DNA of 64,000 nucleotides, from assembly GCF_003334255.1 (NCBI RefSeq), contig NZ_QOWU01000008.1; one strand, given 5' to 3'. The position numbers and the translations under genes were made by a program. Below, piece by piece: positions 14,776-24,679 of this stretch. This stretch comes from Escherichia coli. GTDB lineage: Bacteria; Pseudomonadota; Gammaproteobacteria; Enterobacterales; Enterobacteriaceae. Position 1 is the first letter of the stretch. Each line of letters opens with the position of its first letter. Under the pieces are notes generated by a model, which saw nothing but the letters and a program-made list of their open reading frames with translations, was not told the origin of the DNA and searched no databases.

Positions 14776-16407
14776 GTGTTAACGCTGCTTCACCTGCTTT
14801 CTGCCGTCGCCCTGCTGGTCTGGGGGACTCATATTGTTCGAACCGGCGTAATGCGCGTCTTCGGCGCGCGTTTGCGTACTGTCCTTAGCCGGAGCGTCGA
14901 AAAAAAGCCGCTCGCCTTTTGCGCGGGGATCGGCGTTACCGCACTGGTACAGAGCAGTAATGCCACCACCATGCTGGTGACCTCGTTTGTCGCTCAGGAT
15001 CTGGTAGCCCTCGCACCGGCTCTGGTCATTGTGCTGGGTGCAGATGTCGGGACGGCGCTAATGGCGCGTATTCTCACCTTCGACTTATCCTGGCTGTCAC
15101 CGTTACTTATTTTTATCGGCGTGATTTTTTTCCTCGGACGCAAACAGTCACGCGCCGGGCAACTGGGCCGCGTCGGTATTGGTCTTGGGCTGATTTTGCT
15201 AGCGCTGGAGTTGATTGTGCAGGCCGTAACGCCGATCACCCAGGCAAACGGCGTTCAGGTGATCTTTGCCTCGCTGACCGGCGATATTCTGCTGGATGCG
15301 CTGATTGGCGCGATGTTCGCCATTATCAGCTACTCCAGCCTTGCTGCTGTACTGCTGACCGCGACTCTGACCGCCGCAGGCATTATCTCCTTCCCCGTGG
15401 CGCTCTGTCTGGTGATTGGTGCTAACCTCGGTTCCGGTCTGCTGGCAATGCTCAACAACAGTGCCGCCAATGCCGCAGCCCGCCGTGTCGCGCTGGGTAG
15501 TCTGCTGTTTAAGCTGGTGGGTAGCCTGATTATCCTGCCGTTTGTCCATTTGCTGGCAGAGACAATGGGGAAGTTGTCATTGCCAAAAGCGGAACTGGTG
15601 ATCTATTTCCACGTCTTCTACAACCTTGTACGTTGCCTGGTCATGCTGCCATTTGTTGACCCGATGGCACGGTTTTGCAAAACGATTATTCGCGATGAAC
15701 CGGAACTGGATACCCAGCTACGGCCTAAACATCTGGATGTCAGCGCGCTGGATACGCCCACGCTTGCTCTGGCGAACGCCGCGCGCGAAACCCTGCGCAT
15801 TGGCGACGCCATGGAACAGATGATGGAAGGGTTGAATAAAGTGATGCACGGTGAGCCACGGCAGGAGAAAGAGCTGCGTAAGCTGGCAGATGATATCAAC
15901 GTTCTCTACACCGCCATTAAGCTGTATCTGGCGCGGATGCCAAAAGAAGAGCTGGCGGAGGAAGAGTCGCGCCGCTGGGCAGAGATCATCGAAATGTCGC
16001 TCAACCTTGAACAGGCCTCCGATATCGTCGAGCGCATGGGCAGCGAAATTGCTGACAAATCACTGGCAGCACGGCGGGCATTTTCGCTTGATGGGTTGAA
16101 GGAACTGGATGCGCTCTATGAGCAATTGCTCAGTAATTTAAAGCTGGCAATGTCGGTGTTCTTCTCTGGCGATGTCACCAGCGCTCGTCGTTTGCGTCGC
16201 AGCAAACATCGTTTTCGCATTCTTAATCGCCGCTATTCCCACGCCCACGTCGATCGCCTGCATCAGCAAAACGTGCAGAGCATTGAAACCAGTTCGCTAC
16301 ATTTAGGCTTACTGGGAGATATGCAGCGCCTGAACTCGCTGTTTTGTTCGGTGGCTTACAGTGTGCTGGAACAGCCGGATGAAGATGAAGGACGGGACGA
16401 GTATTAA
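14776..16407 (+). CDS. yjbB: Putative Na+/phosphate cotransporter family inner-membrane protein
   Basis: 543 aa ORF with GTG start; hydrophobic N-terminal half and soluble C-terminal region; recognised as YjbB. Confidence 0.85.
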   Translation: MLTLLHLLSAVALLVWGTHIVRTGVMRVFGARLRTVLSRSVEKKPLAFCAGIGVTALVQSSNATTMLVTSFVAQDLVALAPALVIVLGADVGTALMARILTFDLSWLSPLLIFIGVIFFLGRKQSRAGQLGRVGIGLGLILLALELIVQAVTPITQANGVQVIFASLTGDILLDALIGAMFAIISYSSLAAVLLTATLTAAGIISFPVALCLVIGANLGSGLLAMLNNSAANAAARRVALGSLLFKLVGSLIILPFVHLLAETMGKLSLPKAELVIYFHVFYNLVRCLVMLPFVDPMARFCKTIIRDEPELDTQLRPKHLDVSALDTPTLALANAARETLRIGDAMEQMMEGLNKVMHGEPRQEKELRKLADDINVLYTAIKLYLARMPKEELAEEESRRWAEIIEMSLNLEQASDIVERMGSEIADKSLAARRAFSLDGLKELDALYEQLLSNLKLAMSVFFSGDVTSARRLRRSKHRFRILNRRYSHAHVDRLHQQNVQSIETSSLHLGLLGDMQRLNSLFCSVAYSVLEQPDEDEGRDEY

Positions 16408-16417
16408 TATTGTGAAT

Positions 16418-16495
16418 CCTGTAGGCCTGATAAGACGCGTCAAGCGTCGCATCAGGCACTATGAACAAGATGCCGGATCATGCATCCGGCAATTC
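16418..16495. repeat. REP palindromic element(s) between yjbB and pepE
   Basis: CCTGTAGGCCTGATAAGACGCG..GCATCAGGC..GATGCCGGATCATGCATCCGGCA matches REP consensus. Confidence 0.75.
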
Positions 16496-16497
16496 AC

Positions 16498-17187
16498 TTA
16501 AAAACGGTGACCAGCTTCCAGCGGAACCGCTTCTTCACCAGCCTTAAACACATAAGTGGTGTTCGGGCCACCCAGCGTAGCGTGACCTTTACTCACTGTG
16601 ATCCAGTTACCTTCCGGTAGACCAATAATCGTCAGTTCTGGCGCGACGACCAGCAGTTCGCGAATACGCTGCTCACGGGTTTCACCTTTATGGCCTTCCG
16701 GCAGCGCGTTGGTGAAGTGCGGGTTGATTTGCAGCGGGAACAGATTTAGCGCATCGAAACCTTGCGGATCGACAATCGGCATATCGTTGGTGGTACGAAT
16801 AGTTGGGCAAGCAAGGTTAGCGCCTGCGCTCCAGCCAATATACAGAGCGCCACGTTTAACCACGTCAGTAATTGGTGCCAGCAGCCCGCGCTCGCGGCAC
16901 TGTTTCAGCAACTGGAAAGTATTCCCGCCGCCGACAATCACGATCTCAGCATTTTCAATCGCGGCAACGGGATCGACAACGCTATGAATACCGGTGACAG
17001 AAACACCCAGCGGAGCGAGAACCGCAGCCGTTTTCGCTGTGTAATCATCCCAGGTCTGCGTTACGCCAGCGAAAGGGATAAACACCGCTGAGCGGCGACC
17101 CTGCAACTGTTCAGCAATTAGCGGCAGTGCATGTTCCAGCCAGGCTTTACCCGGCAGCGTCGAGTTACTCAATAAAAGCAGTTCCAT
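16498..17187 (-). CDS. pepE: Peptidase E (alpha-aspartyl dipeptidase)
   Basis: 229 aa ORF starting [28 protein letters not shown], recognised as PepE. Confidence 0.9.
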
Positions 17188-17398
17188 TACTTCTCCGGTT
17201 AGTAAGAAATCACGGGAGGCATGCTACCACTGCGAATTTAACCACTTACTGACATGGCTCACGATGTCGCACATTGCTTCTGGAAAGTGATTTGAGCAGG
17301 TAACGAATTCAAGCCAATGGAAATAACAAATAGTTCGCTCATGACTATTTTTTATCAACCCAAAGGTACGGTATATTCCGTTTTTTACAGGAGAATTT

Positions 17399-18271
17399 AT
17401 GCTGCCCGACTCATCAGTCCGTTTAAATAAATACATCAGCGAAAGCGGAATTTGCTCACGCCGCGAAGCGGATCGCTATATCGAGCAAGGCAATGTGTTC
17501 CTTAATGGCAAGCGAGCCACCATTGGCGATCAGGTGAAACCCGGCGACGTTGTGAAAGTAAACGGTCAGTTGATTGAACCTCGGGAAGCCGAAGATTTGG
17601 TACTTATCGCCCTGAACAAGCCCGTTGGTATTGTAAGCACCACCGAAGATGGCGAGCGCGATAACATTGTCGATTTCGTTAACCACAGCAAACGCGTGTT
17701 CCCGATTGGCCGCCTGGATAAAGACTCCCAGGGGCTGATTTTCCTCACCAATCACGGCGATCTGGTGAATAAGATCCTGCGTGCTGGCAATGATCATGAG
17801 AAAGAGTATCTGGTGACGGTCGATAAACCGATTACCGAGGAGTTTATTCGCGGCATGAGTGCGGGGGTGCCAATCCTCGGGACAGTGACCAAAAAGTGCA
17901 AAGTTAAAAAAGAAGCGCCGTTTGTCTTCCGCATTACCCTGGTGCAGGGGCTGAACCGTCAGATCCGGCGCATGTGCGAGCATTTCGGCTATGAAGTGAA
18001 AAAGCTGGAACGCACGCGCATCATGAACGTTAGCTTAAGCGGCATTCCGCTGGGGGAATGGCGCAATTTAACCGACGATGAGTTAATCGACCTCTTTAAG
18101 CTCATTGAAAATTCCTCTTCCGAGGTAAAACCTAAAGCGAAGGCCAAACCGAAAACAGCGGGCATCAAACGTCCAGTCGTTAAGATGGAAAAAACGGCGG
18201 AAAAAGGCGGTCGCCCGGCGTCCAACGGTAAGCGTTTTACCTCGCCGGGGCGTAAAAAGAAGGGGCGCTGA
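17399..18271 (+). CDS. rluF: 23S rRNA pseudouridine synthase RluF
   Basis: 290 aa ORF; N-terminal S4-like region ([24 protein letters not shown]) then RluA/RsuA-like catalytic region, basic C-terminal tail. Confidence 0.9.
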   Translation: MLPDSSVRLNKYISESGICSRREADRYIEQGNVFLNGKRATIGDQVKPGDVVKVNGQLIEPREAEDLVLIALNKPVGIVSTTEDGERDNIVDFVNHSKRVFPIGRLDKDSQGLIFLTNHGDLVNKILRAGNDHEKEYLVTVDKPITEEFIRGMSAGVPILGTVTKKCKVKKEAPFVFRITLVQGLNRQIRRMCEHFGYEVKKLERTRIMNVSLSGIPLGEWRNLTDDELIDLFKLIENSSSEVKPKAKAKPKTAGIKRPVVKMEKTAEKGGRPASNGKRFTSPGRKKKGR

Positions 18272-18403
18272 TTAACGCCTCAGACTGATGAAAACGGCCC
18301 AAAAGTGCCCGGACAGTCCCCTCGCCCCTTCGGGAAAAGGGTTAGGGTGAGGGGAAAATTGTGTTCACACTGACGAGTGAAAATCTCAGGCGTTGATTGT
18401 GGA

Positions 18404-18676
18404 TTAGCGCCTGCCGCGCGTCGACGTATTTGCTGACCAGCTAAATGACGCTTCAGGATCCGGTTTATAAGCCTGCTTTTTCTTCAACTGGCGGGCTTTT
18501 TTCGCTTCAGCCTCACGCTCAACCATTAATTTATCGATGTAATCTTTCTTAATGCTGTTGGTTTCGGAGTTGGTCAATACGCGACCATGCGCAATCCGCG
18601 CCCGATCCAGCAGTGTTTTAAGTTCACGCTGCTCGCGTTCAGTCATCTCTTTTTGGGTAATACGGGGGAGTGCCAT
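18404..18676 (-). CDS. yjbD: Small highly charged protein YjbD (DUF3811-like)
   Basis: 90 aa ORF rich in K/E/R; recognised as YjbD. Confidence 0.8.
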   Translation of the reverse strand: MALPRITQKEMTEREQRELKTLLDRARIAHGRVLTNSETNSIKKDYIDKLMVEREAEAKKARQLKKKQAYKPDPEASFSWSANTSTRGRR

Positions 18677-18928
18677 GATGGTGCCCTCAGTGAGCCAGAG
18701 AGTTCAGTGTACGGGAATTCGTTTGCGAGCAGAACTGATAATATTCATTTTGCCTTCTCTTAACTATTTATCTCTTTCGATAATTAATTAGAGATGCAGA
18801 TAAAAAAATTAAAGGCAATTATTCTCCGATAAAGACGCTGGTTAACAGAGTACAGGCTCGTTTATTGATGAGCATAGTGACAAGAAAATCAATACGGCCC
18901 GAAATATAGCTTCCAGGCCATACAGTAT

Positions 18929-20278
18929 TTACTCAAACAAATTACTATGCAGTTTTTGCACCACCTGCTCGGCATCTTCGCCGGGCACCAGGAAGCACAG
19001 GTTATGGCTGGATGCGCCATAACAAATCATGCGAATGTTGAACGGTTCCAGTACGCCGAATACCTCTTTGCCAACGCCGCAGGCTTTTGACAGGTCATTG
19101 CCAATCAACGCGACCAGCGCCAGACCTTCTTCCACCTCCACCCGACACAGTGCGGAAAGCTCCATCAGCAGAGATTGCGTCAGCAACGTATCGCCAGTGG
19201 AGGTTGAACCGGTGGTATCAAGGGTTAATGCCACGCTCACTTCTGACGTGGTGATTAAGTCTACCGAAATATTATGCCGCGCGAGGATGCCGAAAACTTC
19301 CGCGAGGAAACCGCGAGAATGCAGCATATTCAGGCTGTGCAAAGTGAGCAGAGTCTGATTGCGACGAAGCGCCAGAGCGCGGAACAGCGGCGGATTTTCA
19401 GTTTTATTGCACACCAGCGTACCACCTGCGCGTGGGTCTTTGCTGGAGCCGACAAAGACCGGGATATCGCTGCGTACTGCGGGTAGCAACGTTGCCGGAT
19501 GCAGTACTTTTGCACCAAAAGTTGCCATCTCTGCCGCTTCGGCAAACGCGATTTCATCAATGCGTTTTGCTGCGGAAACTACGCGTGGATCGGTGGTGTA
19601 GATGCCCGGGACGTCGGTCCAGATATCAACACGAGATGCGTGTAAAGCCTCCGCCAGCAAGGCTGCCGTATAATCGCTGCCTCCACGGCCAAGCGTCGTT
19701 GTACGACCTTTATTTTCGCTACCGATAAATCCCTGGGTGATCACTAAGCCTTCATTGAGACGTGGGAGCAGCTGCAGCGCGGCCAGTTCCGCCAGCGCGG
19801 CTATATCTGGCTCTGCACGACCAAATCGGTCGTTGGTACGCATCACTTTACGTACATCAAACCACTGTGCCTGAACATCGCGTTCGCGCAGGATCTCAAC
19901 AAACAGCAGGGTCGACATCAGCTCGCCGTGGCTGACCAGCTCATCTGTCAGCGCCGGAGACGTTGCCAGCGCCGCCGCTTCTGCCAGAACAGTAATGTTC
20001 TCCAGCAGACGTTCAATCTCTTCACGGATAACGTTCGGGTAACGCAGACGTTCCAGAATGGCAAACTGGATGTTGCGGATAGCGTCGAGTTTTTCGAATC
20101 GCTCGCCAGGTTCCAGTCCTTCAGCTAAAGCGACCAGCAGATTAGTGATACCAGCAGAAGCCGAGAGGACAACTAAACGCACGTTGGCATCAGAAAGCAC
20201 AATATCAGCGCTGCGGTTCATGGCGTCAAAATCAGCTACGCTGGTACCGCCAAATTTGGAGACAACAATTTCAGACAT
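18929..20278 (-). CDS. lysC: Aspartokinase III (lysine-sensitive)
   Basis: 449 aa ORF starting MSEIVVSKFGGTSVADFDAMNRSADIVL, recognised as LysC. Confidence 0.95.
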   Translation of the reverse strand: MSEIVVSKFGGTSVADFDAMNRSADIVLSDANVRLVVLSASAGITNLLVALAEGLEPGERFEKLDAIRNIQFAILERLRYPNVIREEIERLLENITVLAEAAALATSPALTDELVSHGELMSTLLFVEILRERDVQAQWFDVRKVMRTNDRFGRAEPDIAALAELAALQLLPRLNEGLVITQGFIGSENKGRTTTLGRGGSDYTAALLAEALHASRVDIWTDVPGIYTTDPRVVSAAKRIDEIAFAEAAEMATFGAKVLHPATLLPAVRSDIPVFVGSSKDPRAGGTLVCNKTENPPLFRALALRRNQTLLTLHSLNMLHSRGFLAEVFGILARHNISVDLITTSEVSVALTLDTTGSTSTGDTLLTQSLLMELSALCRVEVEEGLALVALIGNDLSKACGVGKEVFGVLEPFNIRMICYGASSHNLCFLVPGEDAEQVVQKLHSNLFE

Positions 20279-20299
20279 AACTACCTCGTGTCAGGGGAT

Positions 20300-20520
20300 C
20301 CATTTTCAGCCTTGGCACAAGGGAAGAGCGGAAGACGGGTGGGCGCAGAGCGATACTTCGCTACTATTTTCACCCAGAAGTGCTCCACCACTTGCGAAAC
20401 GCCCGACTGCGAACGCTTCTGGTGACAACCCAGGGGATTCAGCCCCTGTAGCCGATGATGAACGTGGCCAGCCGTTCAATCACCTCGGCGATGCACCCCC
20501 TCAGGTGTTATCACAGGACT
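20300..20520 (-). promoter_or_regulatory. lysC 5' leader with lysine riboswitch (L-box); boundaries approximate
   Basis: About 320 bp GC-rich non-coding leader between lysC ATG (20278) and pgi promoter; E. coli lysC is known to carry a lysine riboswitch; structure not folded here. Confidence 0.55.
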
Positions 20521-20802
20521 GGCTCCTCCAACACCGTTACTTGGGCAACGCGCCTCTTCTGGCCTGCGCTAGCGCAGGTAGTACATTTATAAATAAAGGG
20601 TGAGCGGGGCGGTTGTCAACGATGGGGTCATGCGGATTTTTCATCCACTCCTGGCGGTCAGTAGTTCAGCTAATAAATGCTTCACTGCGCTAAGGGTTTA
20701 CACTCAACATTACGCTAACGGCACTAAAACCATCACATTTTTCTGTGACTGGCGCTACAATCTTCCAAAGTCACAATTCTCAAAATCAGAAGAGTATTGC
20801 TA

Positions 20803-22452
20803 ATGAAAAACATCAATCCAACGCAGACCGCTGCCTGGCAGGCACTACAGAAACACTTCGATGAAATGAAAGACGTTACGATCGCCGATCTTTTTGCTAA
20901 AGACGGCGATCGTTTTTCTAAGTTCTCCGCAACCTTCGACGATCAGATGCTGGTGGATTACTCCAAAAACCGCATCACTGAAGAGACGCTGGCGAAATTA
21001 CAGGATCTGGCGAAAGAGTGCGATCTGGCGGGCGCGATTAAGTCGATGTTCTCTGGCGAGAAGATCAACCGCACTGAAAACCGCGCCGTGCTGCACGTAG
21101 CGCTGCGTAACCGTAGCAATACCCCGATTTTGGTTGATGGCAAAGACGTAATGCCGGAAGTCAACGCGGTGCTGGAGAAGATGAAAACCTTCTCAGAAGC
21201 GATTATTTCCGGTGAGTGGAAAGGTTATACCGGCAAAGCAATCACTGACGTAGTGAACATCGGGATCGGCGGTTCTGACCTCGGCCCATACATGGTGACC
21301 GAAGCTCTGCGTCCGTACAAAAACCACCTGAACATGCACTTTGTTTCTAACGTCGATGGGACTCACATCGCGGAAGTGCTGAAAAAAGTAAACCCGGAAA
21401 CCACGCTGTTCCTGGTAGCATCTAAAACCTTCACCACTCAGGAAACTATGACCAACGCCCATAGCGCGCGTGACTGGTTCCTGAAAGCGGCAGGTGATGA
21501 AAAACACGTTGCAAAACACTTTGCGGCGCTTTCCACCAATGCCAAAGCCGTTGGCGAGTTTGGTATTGATACTGCCAACATGTTCGAGTTCTGGGACTGG
21601 GTTGGCGGCCGTTACTCTTTGTGGTCAGCGATTGGCCTGTCGATTGTTCTCTCCATCGGCTTTGATAACTTCGTTGAACTGCTTTCCGGCGCACACGCGA
21701 TGGACAAGCATTTCTCCACCACGCCTGCCGAGAAAAACCTGCCTGTACTGCTGGCGCTGATTGGCATCTGGTACAACAATTTCTTTGGTGCGGAAACTGA
21801 AGCGATTCTGCCGTATGACCAGTATATGCACCGTTTCGCGGCGTACTTCCAGCAGGGCAATATGGAGTCCAACGGTAAGTATGTTGACCGTAACGGTAAC
21901 GTTGTGGATTACCAGACTGGCCCGATTATCTGGGGTGAACCAGGCACTAACGGTCAGCACGCGTTCTACCAGCTGATCCACCAGGGAACCAAAATGGTAC
22001 CGTGCGATTTCATCGCTCCGGCTATCACCCATAACCCGCTCTCTGATCATCACCAGAAACTGCTGTCTAACTTCTTCGCCCAGACCGAAGCGCTGGCGTT
22101 TGGTAAATCCCGCGAAGTGGTTGAGCAGGAATATCGTGATCAGGGTAAAGATCCGGCAACGCTTGACTACGTGGTGCCGTTCAAAGTATTCGAAGGTAAC
22201 CGCCCGACCAACTCCATCCTGCTGCGTGAAATCACTCCGTTCAGCCTGGGTGCGTTGATTGCGCTGTATGAGCACAAAATCTTTACTCAGGGCGTGATCC
22301 TGAACATCTTCACCTTCGACCAGTGGGGCGTGGAACTGGGTAAACAGCTGGCGAACCGTATTCTGCCAGAGCTGAAAGATGATAAAGAAATCAGCAGCCA
22401 CGATAGCTCGACCAATGGTCTGATTAACCGCTATAAAGCGTGGCGCGGTTAA
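20803..22452 (+). CDS. pgi: Glucose-6-phosphate isomerase
   Basis: ORF 20797-22452 trimmed to ATG at 20803 ([25 protein letters not shown]), 549 aa. Confidence 0.95.
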
Positions 22453-22464
22453 TCATCGTCGATA

Positions 22465-22553
22465 TGTAGGCCGGATAAGGCGTTCACGCCGCATCCGGCA
22501 ACCGATGCCTGATGCGACGCGGTCGCGTCTTATCAGGCCTACAGGTCGATGCC
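22465..22553. repeat. REP palindromic elements downstream of pgi
   Basis: ATGTAGGCCGGATAAGGCGTTCACGCCGCATCCGGCA ... GCGTCTTATCAGGCCTACAGG. Confidence 0.8.
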
Positions 22554-22615
22554 GATATGTACATCGTATTCGGCAATTAATACATAGCACGATTGATTAA
22601 ATAACCTTAATAACA

Positions 22616-22642
22616 ATGCCGACGTTATGTCGGCATTTTTTT
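22616..22642 (+). terminator. Rho-independent terminator (pgi transcript)
   Basis: Hairpin ATGCCGAC-GTTA-GTCGGCAT followed by T7. Confidence 0.8.
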
Positions 22643-22950
22643 ATCAGATAAATCCCCTTGTCTGTGATTTAACGGAAATCATACCATGAGGTTAATCCTA
22701 AAATAGATTTTTAATCGTTGTTTATTTCGGAAAATACGCAGATTAATTGCTTTTGTTTTTATTTTAAGTTTATGATTTTTATTGTTATTTAAATATAAGT
22801 TGAAACTTATATTTGATATTCATTCCAATTATCCTAAAACGCCATCGCTAATTCCCCGCGCCGTAATTCGCATGCTTTAGTTGTGTATACTCGATCCCGC
22901 CCGAAATGTTTTTGGGTAAATCTCCATTCATTCAATGAAGGGAAATTGTT

Positions 22951-23193
22951 ATGAAAAAAGTTCTGTATGGCATTTTTGCCATATCTGCGCTTGCGGCGAC
23001 TTCTGCGTGGGCTGCACCTGTACAGGTGGGCGAAGCGGCAGGGTCGGCAGCAACGTCGGTTTCGGCGGGGAGTTCCTCCGCGACCAGCGTCAGCACCGTA
23101 AGCTCGGCGGTGGGTGTCGCGCTTGCGGCAACCGGTGGCGGTGATGGTTCTAATACCGGGACCACCACAACCACGACCACCAGTACCCAGTAA
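22951..23193 (+). CDS. yjbE: YjbE, small secreted low-complexity (Ser/Thr/Gly/Ala-rich) protein
   Basis: 80 aa ORF with signal-peptide-like N-terminus and poly-Thr C-terminus; recognised as first gene of yjbEFGH. Confidence 0.8.
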
Positions 23194-23306
23194 TAAAGTA
23201 TGTATCCCCAAAATAATTCGAGTCATTGCATCTGTGGCTAGAAGTATGAAGGGATTAACCATAACCACACTCCGGTGTGGTTATTCTGCCCCTCTGGAGA
23301 AGAGTC

Positions 23307-23945
23307 GTGAAGCGACCTGCACTCATTCTTATCTGCCTGTTATTACAGGCCTGTTCAGCCACGACTAAAGAGCTGGGCAATTCACTGTGGGACAGTCTGT
23401 TCGGCACGCCAGGCGTACAGCTGACGGATGATGATATTCAAAATATGCCCTACGCCAGCCAGTACATGCAGCTTAATGGCGGGCCGCAGTTATTTGTGGT
23501 GCTGGCCTTCGCTGAAGACGGACAACAAAAATGGGTCACTCAGGATCAGGCTACTCTCGTTACCCAACATGGCCGTCTGGTGAAGACTCTGCTCGGCGGC
23601 GACAACCTGATTGAAGTGAATAACCTTGCTGCCGACCCGCTGATTAAACCCGCACAAATCGTTGATGGCGCAAGCTGGACGCGCACGATGGGCTGGACCG
23701 AGTACCAGCAGGTACGCTACGCCACCGCACGCTCAGTCTTCAAATGGGATGGCACCGATACCGTCAAAGTCGGCAGCGATGAAACCCCGGTTCGCGTGCT
23801 GGACGAAGAAGTCTCCACCGACCAGGCGCGCTGGCATAACCGCTATTGGATCGACAGCGAAGGGCAAATTCGCCAGTCGGAACAGTATCTCGGCGCGGAT
23901 TATTTTCCGGTGAAAACCACTCTCATCAAGGCGGCAAAACAATGA
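23307..23945 (+). CDS. yjbF: YjbF, putative lipoprotein of the yjbEFGH exopolysaccharide locus
   Basis: ORF 23277-23945 trimmed to GTG at 23307 (MKRPALILICLLLQACSATTKE, lipobox LQAC); 212 aa. Confidence 0.8.
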   Translation: MKRPALILICLLLQACSATTKELGNSLWDSLFGTPGVQLTDDDIQNMPYASQYMQLNGGPQLFVVLAFAEDGQQKWVTQDQATLVTQHGRLVKTLLGGDNLIEVNNLAADPLIKPAQIVDGASWTRTMGWTEYQQVRYATARSVFKWDGTDTVKVGSDETPVRVLDEEVSTDQARWHNRYWIDSEGQIRQSEQYLGADYFPVKTTLIKAAKQ

Positions 23946-24679
23946 TTAAACAAACTATTGTCGCGTTGCTTTTGAGTGTGGGAGCGTCATCGGTCTTCGC
24001 GGCAGGAACCGTCAAGGTGTTCAGCAATGGCAGCAGTGAGGCCAAAACGCTAACGGGCGCAGAGCATTTAATCGATCTGGTAGGCCAACCGCGGCTGGCA
24101 AACAGCTGGTGGCCCGGTGCGGTGATTAGCGAAGAGCTGGCAACGGCGGCAGCATTGCGTCAGCAGCAGGCGTTGCTGACACGGCTGGCAGAACAGGGCG
24201 CAGATTCCAGCGCCGACGATGCCGCTGCGATTAACGCCTTACGCCAGCAAATTCAGGCGTTGAAAGTGACGGGCAGGCAAAAAATCAATCTTGATCCCGA
24301 TATCGTCCGCGTTGCCGAACGCGGTAACCCGCCGTTGCAGGGCAACTACACGCTGTGGGTCGGACCACCGCCGTCCACGGTCACGTTGTTCGGGCTTATC
24401 AGCCGTCCTGGCAAGCAGCCATTCACTCCAGGTCGCGACGTGGCGAGCTATCTCTCTGACCAGAGCCTGCTCAGCGGTGCGGATCGCAGCTACGCGTGGG
24501 TGGTTTACCCGGACGGACGCACGCAAAAAGCGCCGGTGGCTTACTGGAACAAGCGTCACGTAGAGCCGATGCCCGGCAGCATTATTTATGTTGGCCTCGC
24601 GGACTCCGTCTGGAGTGAGACGCCTGATGCCCTTAACGCCGACATTCTTCAGACTCTGACGCAGCGGATACCTCAATAA
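23942..24679 (+). CDS. yjbG: YjbG, periplasmic protein of the yjbEFGH locus
   Basis: ORF 23846-24679 trimmed to ATG at 23942 ([22 protein letters not shown], signal peptide); 245 aa; start overlaps yjbF stop (ATGA). Confidence 0.85.
   Translation: MIKQTIVALLLSVGASSVFAAGTVKVFSNGSSEAKTLTGAEHLIDLVGQPRLANSWWPGAVISEELATAAALRQQQALLTRLAEQGADSSADDAAAINALRQQIQALKVTGRQKINLDPDIVRVAERGNPPLQGNYTLWVGPPPSTVTLFGLISRPGKQPFTPGRDVASYLSDQSLLSGADRSYAWVVYPDGRTQKAPVAYWNKRHVEPMPGSIIYVGLADSVWSETPDALNADILQTLTQRIPQ

Noticed and set aside
18272-18403. Long GC-rich inverted repeat (CCCCTCGCCC ... GGGTGAGGGG) between rluF and yjbD as a terminator
   Set aside because: No adjacent U-run on either strand; could be a structured element, but the evidence is too weak to annotate
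22834-23268. Minus-strand ORFs (144 aa and 82 aa) opposite yjbE
   Set aside because: Arise from the GC-rich repetitive Ala/Ser/Thr/Gly codons of yjbE read on the opposite strand; yjbE has a proper signal peptide and operon context
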